Source: an uncultured virus (IMG/VR IMGVR_UViG_3300026430_000073) (taxonomy: Duplodnaviria > Heunggongvirae > Uroviricota > Caudoviricetes). From it: a DNA stretch of 20,000 bases. Under the pieces are notes generated by a model. The model searched no databases. It was not told the origin of the DNA and worked only from the letters and a program-made list of their open reading frames with translations. The position numbers and the translations under genes were made by a program. Location: positions 54,031 through 74,030 of the IMG/VR virus record IMGVR_UViG_3300026430_000073; one strand, 5' to 3'. Shown piece by piece: positions 9,501 through 15,777 of the stretch (positions are counted from its first letter, which is position 1; each line of letters starts with the position of its first letter).

Positions 9501-10027
9501 ACGATGATTACCTTGTTGGCATGCAGGGACGCTGCGATAACGAGGTCTGTGACGGTCTTACCGGTACCTGCACCTGCATCGAGCATGTAGCCCTTCAGAC
9601 GGTAGGCTGGGACCATCTTCCCGAACACTTCCACGAACTCACGCTGGAATGGCTTCAGGGTGAAGCTTACGGTCTTGTCGGCTACACTGATGTCAGTGAT
9701 CGGAGTGATGTCCTTACCGACTTGGCCGAGCCAGGTCTTCTCTTCGAGCTCCTCGATGATCTTACCCAGGATACGCTTTGGCATGCTGGTGTATTTCTCG
9801 TCGTAGAGGCGACGGCAGATGTAGAGGAAGTCGAGGCCGAAGAAGTGTCGCAGCTTGAATTCGCTCGACCGTACTTGAGAGAACATGTACTTGGCGATGG
9901 TGTTGTTACCCCATACGCGATACATGTCCTTGGTGAACGATAAGGTACTGAATCCTTCCACCACGATATAGGTCGGGGTGGTGGTGACTTCCACCAGTCC
10001 CAGCCTTCTTTTGATTCCTGCAAACAT
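6548..10027 (-). CDS. SF2 (SNF2-like) helicase, reminiscent of phiKZ gp203, with a ~510-aa C-terminal extension (ART-like domain plus an unknown domain)
   Basis: Walker A GAGTGKT, Walker B ILDESH, motif III SGTP, motif IV LIFTSY and motif VI QTIARANRLGQ in aa 150-605; the extension contains YLYHGS...WLYATT...ENEY. Confidence 0.9.
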   Translation of the reverse strand: MFAGIKRRLGLVEVTTTPTYIVVEGFSTLSFTKDMYRVWGNNTIAKYMFSQVRSSEFKLRHFFGLDFLYICRRLYDEKYTSMPKRILGKIIEELEEKTWLGQVGKDITPITDISVADKTVSFTLKPFQREFVEVFGKMVPAYRLKGYMLDAGAGTGKTVTDLVIAASLHANKVIIVTPKNAAERVWEATIKDIVLKKQPYWLSVGNKPPSVNDYYFICHYESLEQMLAFVKANPQAFKNTFVILDESHNFNRIASDRTQFFIELCNLPQVTYNLWASGTPIQALGTECIPFLKCVDPLFDSYCEEAFRKIYGRDAKRANDILRNRIGHLKYHVPQQDVVHTEVIVETVKVSMPNAKDYTLENIGKLLREFIDKRREHYAKHRLDYVKFYEDGLKVFKQTLKTDQQKRQFEAYQSAFKVIAGRFDPQTMKAEAQLCNQYELKTIIPVLNNPLKNNFKGARSVIKYVDLKIMGEALGTIVGGMRSKCHVEMVKHIDFNKYIDDAEKKTLIFTSYVEVLESVADIVDSNGYKSGRVYGATNKDLASIVGQFYKDEDLNPLCATYQSLSTAVPLTAANTILMINQPFRDAIRTQTIARANRLGQDKNVYVFDFLLDTGDMPNISTRSNDILLWSQNQVSQILGVNNVDVDTLALESASVDEYSTEVFDLLVDAGDLLAQILGIDKFLDRIGARTNLTNQGRTGWGNEAYSKESVGFDVPHYLYHGSMYKQGELMPGFQRSGELVRWDGVESNEWLYATTDREDAIMLGIGSALEKEFRVDRYSYDAKTRKLVITSPDNITPADVRKAQVFLYTIKGENSDEWLPNFNQQNGIENEYKTQNTIDESIIKTEQVDISKVLANYRLEIVKSKAEYSTESFSQVMSNLKKMIFGDNREDKKKHLPTKPWMSTKEIKALLEYIDDYFGNDSWLSKQQFNVDVPSNGIIQALSYDGKFTTTNPMSAINGHLNDYKTKAAKFASQLKEMDSAVQRVYGKYEKPLIAAAKADQHDKFEELIREAVKAYDDIPVPMAKMTPVKVIGSVEVYFDKNDRWMFGGNVEGKETEVKSPARIPALDRNGFIAAVKIIRECLKMRESSDFYQSWLDFEDGSDFSNVIHEYDEMLYMDYYDQYYHQTVGQAIVEGFPDSSSVGGDVIIALMAWMERSIK

Positions 10028-10148
10028 AGATGACTCCGAATTTATCTGTGGTGAAAGAAAGAGTTGACATAAAATTGGTATCGCGCAGTCAAACGAATTT
10101 GAATACTACATTGTAGTCATGAACAACAACATCCGAAAGGATAACGCA

Positions 10149-10733
10149 ATGCTTGATGAATTAAGAAACAAGGTTATCGAAGACTTCACCAAGGCGTGGG
10201 AAGTCAATGACAAAGCGCATCGAGTAGATCATTTCACTCGGGTTGAATTGTGCGGGAATGTAATCAACGATCGGTTAGGGTTGGGGTATGATCCCAAGCT
10301 GATCATGCTGGTCGCGCACTTCCACGATATGTTTGCTCATCAGCGACACAACCACCATCTGCTGAGCGCTGAGTGGGTGCGCAGCACTGATTACAAGATG
10401 ATCACTGAGTTGGATATCACCGATCGAGAACAGGTGGCGCTTGGATGTCAGTATCACCGAGCGTCGTACGAGGGCGGGTATCCGAGTATGTTCGCGGAGC
10501 TGATGGCTTCAGCTGATCGAGAGTTACCAGGGAACATCGGTTTGATGGTTGAACGCGCTGTGCTGTATCGCATGAATCAAGGGATGAGTCGCAACGAAGC
10601 GATGAAGCCTGCGATCGAGCACATCAAAGAGAAGTTTGGTGCAGCGGCTGGCTATGCGCGATATCCGAAAATGTATCTTGATGTATTCGGCGATGAGCTC
10701 GCCGAACAACGCCGCCTGATCGACAACATGTAA
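10149..10733 (+). CDS. HD-domain metal-dependent phosphohydrolase (likely start ATG 10149)
   Basis: Motifs AHRVDH, AHFHD, HHLLSA, YHRAS and ADR; SD AAAGGA. Confidence 0.85.
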   Translation: MLDELRNKVIEDFTKAWEVNDKAHRVDHFTRVELCGNVINDRLGLGYDPKLIMLVAHFHDMFAHQRHNHHLLSAEWVRSTDYKMITELDITDREQVALGCQYHRASYEGGYPSMFAELMASADRELPGNIGLMVERAVLYRMNQGMSRNEAMKPAIEHIKEKFGAAAGYARYPKMYLDVFGDELAEQRRLIDNM

Positions 10734-10741
10734 TCTAATTA

Positions 10742-10769
10742 GGGGCGGGAAACCGCCCCACTTATGCCG
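10742..10769 (+). terminator. Stem-loop GGGGCGG-GAAA-CCGCCCC followed by TATGCCG
   Basis: Perfect stem; 20 nt identical to 4077-4096. Confidence 0.7.
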
Positions 10770-10779
10770 GAGCTTTATA

Positions 10780-12093
10780 ATGCATATTCAGATCGAAACC
10801 TACGATGCTGTCTCCATCAACTTCCGCCAGCTGAGCCCAGTTCCAAAGCTGGTCGCTTATCCGATTCTCACTCCAGGTATGCGTTGTCATATCCAACGTG
10901 ACGAACTGATCGACGACGCTCTGTCGATCTCATTGCGCGACGGGCGGGAAGTCACCATCCCGGGCGGCAACGATCAACCGCGCTACGCGTTCACCCTGAC
11001 CATGGAGAGCAATGTCGGTGGTCCAGGGTTCGGTAAGCAGACTGCTGTCGTTACGGGCTTCACTGAAGACGCCAGTGTCGTCAGCATGGGTGGGTTGGTC
11101 GATCACGATGCCAAGCTGTACTTCGACCGCGTGACTACCTATCGTCAGCTCAACACACCGCATGGTCCTCTCGTGCAGACGATCACTGATGACCACGTCG
11201 TCCCGCCGACTCATCGCATCGATGAGAGACTCTACAGCCTTCGTCCGGGCGACCTCATCAACCGTACGATCTCCGAGGCGGTGTTAGGAGCACACACTCG
11301 GATAGGTAGCCCTGCACTCAACCTGACTGGCGTTCCGACTACGGTGCGACTGGTGCCGGTACTCACCGAGTCTTCGAGAGAATGGCTGGACGAGATCCTG
11401 CGGGCATACGACGGTGTTGCGAAAGAGTTCGACCTCGACGCAGCTCCTCATGATACCTTGGAGCAGATGAGTTACGCGACGGAAACTCGACCACTCAGTC
11501 ACGTCATGTTCCTCGACAGGCTCAGTCGCGATACGCAGTTCGCTTCGGACGGTTACGTTACGTTCGGTGAGTTGGTCAGGATTTTCAGTGGCATCCCAAC
11601 CACCTTCGGGCCGGAGATCATCGTGAAGTCGTTCGATGAAACTATCGAAGCTTCGGATCCGGAATATCGACACATCCTCAACCGCATCTACCGCGCGACT
11701 CTGTCGACGATGTCCGAACTCAACCTCGACACGCTCAACGTCGTGTATAACGGCGCGACTTTCATCCCGCATTTCACCACCTTGATGGATACCATCGGCG
11801 TCCCTTACGGTGATGAGATCGCACAGAAGGTCATGGAGCGTCTCATGGAAGAGATGCGTAACGCAATCTGCGAGTTCGCCGAATACATCACTGGCGTATC
11901 GGTGAACTGTACTCGACATGGGGTGATGAATGTCCACCTGATCGATCGCGGCCTGATGCCGACCATCAGCATTCCGATGTGTATGACCGGTCGTCTGACC
12001 AGTCAGTTGAGTGACGAAGATGTGCAGCACAATCTTTGCCGCTGGCTAACCCATCTGACCACCACTGATCAAGTCGATTCTGAGGAAGACTGA
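10780..12093 (+). CDS. Putative paralog of the phiKZ gp68-like non-virion RNA polymerase promoter-specificity subunit
   Basis: Motif series IPGG-x-QPRYAF, TGFTED, GLVDHDAKLYF, TPHG and YSLRPGDLI resembles the gp68-family pattern as recalled (IPNGW..R..F / GYTD / G.IDP.M.F / TP.G / MRP.D); not verified by search. Confidence 0.55.
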   Translation: MHIQIETYDAVSINFRQLSPVPKLVAYPILTPGMRCHIQRDELIDDALSISLRDGREVTIPGGNDQPRYAFTLTMESNVGGPGFGKQTAVVTGFTEDASVVSMGGLVDHDAKLYFDRVTTYRQLNTPHGPLVQTITDDHVVPPTHRIDERLYSLRPGDLINRTISEAVLGAHTRIGSPALNLTGVPTTVRLVPVLTESSREWLDEILRAYDGVAKEFDLDAAPHDTLEQMSYATETRPLSHVMFLDRLSRDTQFASDGYVTFGELVRIFSGIPTTFGPEIIVKSFDETIEASDPEYRHILNRIYRATLSTMSELNLDTLNVVYNGATFIPHFTTLMDTIGVPYGDEIAQKVMERLMEEMRNAICEFAEYITGVSVNCTRHGVMNVHLIDRGLMPTISIPMCMTGRLTSQLSDEDVQHNLCRWLTHLTTTDQVDSEED

Positions 12094-12419
12094 TGAAATC
12101 TCCGCTTGAAGAACTCATGTGGGACGCTTACCGAGCAGAGTCTGCGGCTGCGCTTGTTCACGGCTTCCGAGGTAAGATCGCAGACGTCGGCGATAACATC
12201 ACCGAAATCATCGACACGCCAGAAGAAGTGAACATTTATAATGCTGGCGCGAGTCATGGTGTCGCCTGGTTGCTCAACCAACTGGATGATGCTGGTTATG
12301 TGCTGACTGACCGCTTTGGCCGTAAGGTAACCAAGGACCGATTTCCGTCCTTCAAAGCGGCGTGGACAGCATGGTTCCGAAAGAGTTCGCACCCACCGAC
12401 TCTTAGCGTGATCAAGTAA
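12093..12419 (+). CDS. Hypothetical phage protein
   Basis: TGATG overlap with the upstream ORF; GAGGA SD. Confidence 0.7.
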   Translation: MKSPLEELMWDAYRAESAAALVHGFRGKIADVGDNITEIIDTPEEVNIYNAGASHGVAWLLNQLDDAGYVLTDRFGRKVTKDRFPSFKAAWTAWFRKSSHPPTLSVIK

Positions 12420-12426
12420 GACTAAA

Positions 12427-12466
12427 CACATCAGGGCCGCAAGGCCCTGGTGTGCTTTCTTTTTTT
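12427..12466 (+). terminator. Rho-independent terminator (CACATCAGGGCC-GCAA-GGCCCTGGTGTG + T-tract)
   Basis: 12-bp stem with one G-U pair, GNRA loop, T run. Confidence 0.85.
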
Positions 12467-12523
12467 GTATAGGGGGTGTTCGTTAAAACTTATCGTATGG
12501 TCAAGTATATTGAGAGTAGGATC

Positions 12524-12940
12524 ATGGCGACTATAACACCTGAGCTTAAAGCGCTCGTGGACAAAGCCTTGAAGGATCCATTCTTAGGCCCTGCCGCACT
12601 TAAGAACCACATGGAAAATATCGAACCCTTGTACTTCGAGGGGAAGGTCGTGGGATTCTCTGTACCATTCCAAGAGCCGGACGGCTACTGGCGGACAGGC
12701 TCTATTTACATCCTCCCCGAATATCGGGGTAAAGGTGTGGCAGCAGACTTCATTCGCGCATTTCGTCAAGGTAAGCGCATGAGAGCCTGGATCGAACCGA
12801 AGAATGCTTCAAGCATCCGCGCATACAAAGCCGCAGGGTTCCTCCCTACAGCTAAACGTGCATACGCAAATGCCAAGCCTTTCGACGAATACACTGTCGA
12901 GGCTAATGCATCGGAGAGGAGTAAGATGTTCAACTGGTGA
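12524..12940 (+). CDS. GNAT-family N-acetyltransferase (likely start ATG 12524)
   Basis: Acetyl-CoA motif A IYILPEYRGKGVA and motif B NASSIRAYKAAGF; AGGA SD. Confidence 0.85.
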   Translation: MATITPELKALVDKALKDPFLGPAALKNHMENIEPLYFEGKVVGFSVPFQEPDGYWRTGSIYILPEYRGKGVAADFIRAFRQGKRMRAWIEPKNASSIRAYKAAGFLPTAKRAYANAKPFDEYTVEANASERSKMFNW

Positions 12941-12960
12941 CATGTGATGTATTATATGTT

Positions 12961-13230
12961 AGACTGAATTATTTCGGGCGAATGGATTCAGTTTAATCCA
13001 ACGGTGTGCACACTCCCATCGTTGGATCACCGTGGTCGGGAGTCCTCTCCGACCTTAGGCTACGACGGTCGCGGGTCCGTCGGAGTCTAGCTAGTGCCTA
13101 GAGTGCACAGCCTGCAGAGTTCAGCGTCGTGAGGACAAGCCGAACTCTGTGGGGTGACCACTCAGCCCCAAGTGTGAACCAACATAGATCCCCACCACCG
13201 GTCGCTCCGCCGGTGGTGGGGTATATGCCG
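12961..13230 (+). ncRNA. Candidate structured ncRNA locus 1 (at least 6 tandem hairpins plus a terminal 12-bp stem)
   Basis: Stems 12961-69/12986-94, 12996-13006/13017-27, 13034-39/13049-54, 13064-68/13077-81, 13114-25/13139-50, 13151-57/13162-69 and 13190-201/13210-21; G-U pairs favour the + strand; preceded by GTATTATAT. Confidence 0.6.
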
Positions 13231-13243
13231 CATTTAACTATTT

Positions 13244-13256
13244 TTCAGTCACACAT
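13244..13256 (+). promoter_or_regulatory. Phage promoter-like motif TTCAGTCACACAT (copy 3)
   Basis: Repeated intergenic motif; see 2733 and 3521. Confidence 0.7.
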
Positions 13257-13296
13257 TGTCGCGATGAACAATCTCAATGACCGAGGAGGTCGCGCA

Positions 13297-13635
13297 ATGA
13301 ACTTTGGTAATATCGTCCGTATCGCTGCTCTGGGTGCAATCGTTGGTGGTCTGGGTTACGCAGCCTACAAGTCCATCAAAGCTACAAAGGAAAGCGAAGA
13401 CAGAACTCTCGCCAAGATGAAAGTCACTTCGATCATTGTGGATCTTCAGATGATCAGCCTGTTCGTCAACCTGAATGGCAGCGGTTTGCTGAGCGATGTC
13501 CAGGTAGATTTCCTTGCTAAGCTGACTGTCCAGAGCACCACGGGCGAACTCGACAAATTGTCGCCTACCGAACTGGAGAGCATCCAGGATCAGCTGAAGG
13601 TCATCAAACTTATCGTCATGCCTAATGTAGGCTAG
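13297..13635 (+). CDS. Small N-terminally membrane-anchored protein (true start likely ATG 13297)
   Basis: SD GAGGAGGT; TM IVRIAALGAIVGGLGYAAY; similar to the next ORF. Confidence 0.75.
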   Translation: MNFGNIVRIAALGAIVGGLGYAAYKSIKATKESEDRTLAKMKVTSIIVDLQMISLFVNLNGSGLLSDVQVDFLAKLTVQSTTGELDKLSPTELESIQDQLKVIKLIVMPNVG

Positions 13636-13644
13636 GAGGTAACC

Positions 13645-13950
13645 GTGAACGCAGCAAAGTTAGTAGCCGCTCTGATAGCAGCTGGCGTGATCACTGGTGG
13701 AGGTTACGCAGCTTACCAGCGATACAAACCAACTCCTCGGACCGAGGCGGATAAGAAGAAGATCGATGAGGAGATCGAGTTTCTTCACAAGAAGATCCTG
13801 GAGAAGATCGCAGATATCGAGCGCAAGCTCACTGCGGCAGAAGCGTGGCTCATGCAGACAATCATCTCGCATGACTACAAAGGTGATCGCGATCGGGTCC
13901 TCAAGGAGATCCGTGATCTGTACAACAAAGTCTACGAGGTAGTTACGTGA
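13645..13950 (+). CDS. Small N-terminally membrane-anchored protein, probable paralog of 13297..13635
   Basis: SD AGGAGGT; TM LVAALIAAGVITGGGYAAY. Confidence 0.75.
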   Translation: MNAAKLVAALIAAGVITGGGYAAYQRYKPTPRTEADKKKIDEEIEFLHKKILEKIADIERKLTAAEAWLMQTIISHDYKGDRDRVLKEIRDLYNKVYEVVT

Positions 13951-14270
13951 CACAGCCGTACATCAAGCACAGTCAGGATCACTACGGGGATGAGGACGGC
14001 ACTGTCGTCCACCTCTTCGTAGATACGATCCACGGTAAGGAGCGACTCATCTGGGAAGCTGCTGACCCAAGTAAGCACAAGGACGACATGATCTATATCC
14101 GCCACTATCTACCCGATGGTGAGATCAGTCACTACGTGCAGCTTTCGAAGATGGAGGAGTTGATCGCCTACAGAGATTTCTGTCGGCAGAACTCGGTCCC
14201 GTATTCCGAGATCAAGAACCTCTCCTACATCAAGAAAGCAATCACATCCTTCAGACGTCGCAAAGACTGA
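13947..14270 (+). CDS. Hypothetical phage protein
   Basis: GTGA overlap, GAGGT SD, followed by a terminator. Confidence 0.7.
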   Translation: MTQPYIKHSQDHYGDEDGTVVHLFVDTIHGKERLIWEAADPSKHKDDMIYIRHYLPDGEISHYVQLSKMEELIAYRDFCRQNSVPYSEIKNLSYIKKAITSFRRRKD

Positions 14271-14276
14271 CAGCAT

Positions 14277-14319
14277 ACAGCCCGGCGAAAGCCGGGCTGT
14301 GCTACTTTCTTTTTTTTTT
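14277..14319 (+). terminator. Rho-independent terminator (ACAGCCCGGC-GAAA-GCCGGGCTGT + T-tract)
   Basis: Perfect 10-bp stem, GNRA loop, long T run. Confidence 0.9.
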
Positions 14320-14355
14320 GCGTGAATACTTACGGATGATGTCAATATACTATGT

Positions 14356-14626
14356 AGAGAATGCCCTCACAAGTTGTTCTCTGAGCTCTTTCACAATTTA
14401 GATCTTGAACTCACAGTAAGGACGTCCGTTTCGTCCAGCTCCCTGAGGAATGGAACCCCAATGGCGGCAACGCCACCCCTTAGCGTTCTTCCTGAGGCTG
14501 AACGCGCCTATCAATGCTTGTAGCTGAAACCTATCGGGCGGTTCGCTGCCTCTAGCCGGATGCGCATGTACAACGACGGGCAACATGAAGATCAAGATGC
14601 CCGGCTTCGGCCGGGTCTTTATGCCG
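14356..14626 (+). ncRNA. Candidate structured ncRNA locus 2 (multi-branch fold plus terminal UUCG hairpin)
   Basis: Stems 14356-63/14375-82, 14420-24/14432-36, 14462-66/14471-75 (GCAA loop), 14483-88/14500-05, 14537-41/14546-50 (TTCG loop), 14565-69/14583-87; long-range pair 14402-08/14592-98; terminal stem 14599-14616; no credible ORF. Confidence 0.6.
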
Positions 14627-14677
14627 TTCGTATACATTTAACAATGACGGCTATGTAATGAATAAACGGAGGTCGTC

Positions 14678-15073
14678 ATGGAACTGGAAGCATTTCTGCT
14701 GGACTGTGTGCGGCATCAAATACCTCGAGACTTACTTCGACTCCTTGGCGACGAATACGTCCTCATCTTAAAGGTTGAGGGTTATCTCAATGAGGTCCGT
14801 AAGATGACCTGCCATGATGTCCCTAACAAGCTGTGGCGTGACGCTGCCCGGTACGTGGCGCACCTCGTCAAACACGAGGTCTACTGTGTCGTCCTCGAAG
14901 CTAAGCGTGACGACAAGCAGGTCGGAGCCCTACGACCTGGTCTCAGGGAGGTAGCGTTTGAATACAATGATTGTCATGACGTAGCGCTCGGCGCTGCGGC
15001 GGGCATCATGAACAAATGGTCATACATCAAAAGAGAGATCGCAGCCAATGGAAAAGCTCGAAGTCATCGTTAA
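14678..15073 (+). CDS. Hypothetical phage protein
   Basis: SD GGAGGT; 131 aa. Confidence 0.7.
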   Translation: MELEAFLLDCVRHQIPRDLLRLLGDEYVLILKVEGYLNEVRKMTCHDVPNKLWRDAARYVAHLVKHEVYCVVLEAKRDDKQVGALRPGLREVAFEYNDCHDVALGAAAGIMNKWSYIKREIAANGKARSHR

Positions 15074-15755
15074 AGGTTCGACCGGCGTCGGTAAAAGTCA
15101 CGTCATGGCAATCATCGAGCGTGCTCTGATGCAGGAGTACGGTCACGAGGTTAAGATCACCAGCGAGGATCTGCGTGCAGAGCGCAACCTCGTTGGCGAG
15201 GATATCCGTAACTGGACTAGCCTTGATGGCAGTAAAGTCGAGATCGTCATCAAGGAACAGAACGTACCACGCCGCGTGGACACGAGCTTAGCGATCACTG
15301 CGTTACAGTTCGACTCGAGCATGGATCACCTCAAAGCCAATCGTGATGTCATTAACGCCCTGCTGCGTATGCAGGTAGTCTCGGTTGGTGGTGAGGATAC
15401 TGGCGGAAGTATCAGCGTAGTGTTTAACGACACCGACACTGCCGATCGTGATGCGATACGGCAAGCCCTCTACGGCATCAACCAAGTCGTACTTGATAGC
15501 ACTCGTGATCTCGATTACCATTACGTGCTATATCGTACCGATATCGACGGCAAGGTGATCCAAGCCACCCTGCTGCCGGTGCCGCTTATCGAAGTCCGTA
15601 TCTTCGCCGGCATGATCCAACTGACCTTCAACTGTAAATCCCAGTCCGGTGGACCGATCCTCAAAGAGTTCTGCCAGCGCATCAACGCGGCTACTAAGTT
15701 AGGTAACGTCATCAAGATGACCAACGAGTACATGGTGCGAACTATCCGTGAATAA
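15048..15755 (+). CDS. Hypothetical phage protein with N-terminal P-loop (GSTGVGKS)
   Basis: Walker A at aa 10-17 after a hydrophobic strand; no clear Walker B. Confidence 0.7.
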   Translation: MEKLEVIVKGSTGVGKSHVMAIIERALMQEYGHEVKITSEDLRAERNLVGEDIRNWTSLDGSKVEIVIKEQNVPRRVDTSLAITALQFDSSMDHLKANRDVINALLRMQVVSVGGEDTGGSISVVFNDTDTADRDAIRQALYGINQVVLDSTRDLDYHYVLYRTDIDGKVIQATLLPVPLIEVRIFAGMIQLTFNCKSQSGGPILKEFCQRINAATKLGNVIKMTNEYMVRTIRE

Positions 15756-15777
15756 TTACGAAACATGAAAGTATTAT

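Noticed and set aside
7343..9943. Long + strand ORFs (7343..8341, 8552..9943) antisense to the helicase
   Set aside because: In-register antisense shadows of a motif-supported gene; no recognisable motifs
10064..10095. TTGACA as a sigma70 -35 box upstream of the HD gene
   Set aside because: No credible -10 hexamer at 16-18 nt spacing
13129..13296. N-terminal extension of ORF 13129..13635
   Set aside because: It runs through hairpins, a terminator-like stem and the promoter motif; a strong SD supports ATG 13297
14420..14450. Hammerhead fragments in locus 2 (CTGAGGA on +; GGACGAAAC on -)
   Set aside because: The two half-cores lie on opposite strands and the required stems cannot be formed
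14398..14637. 79-aa minus-strand ORF across locus 2
   Set aside because: Opposite to local gene orientation, no SD, crosses a terminator-like hairpin, atypical composition
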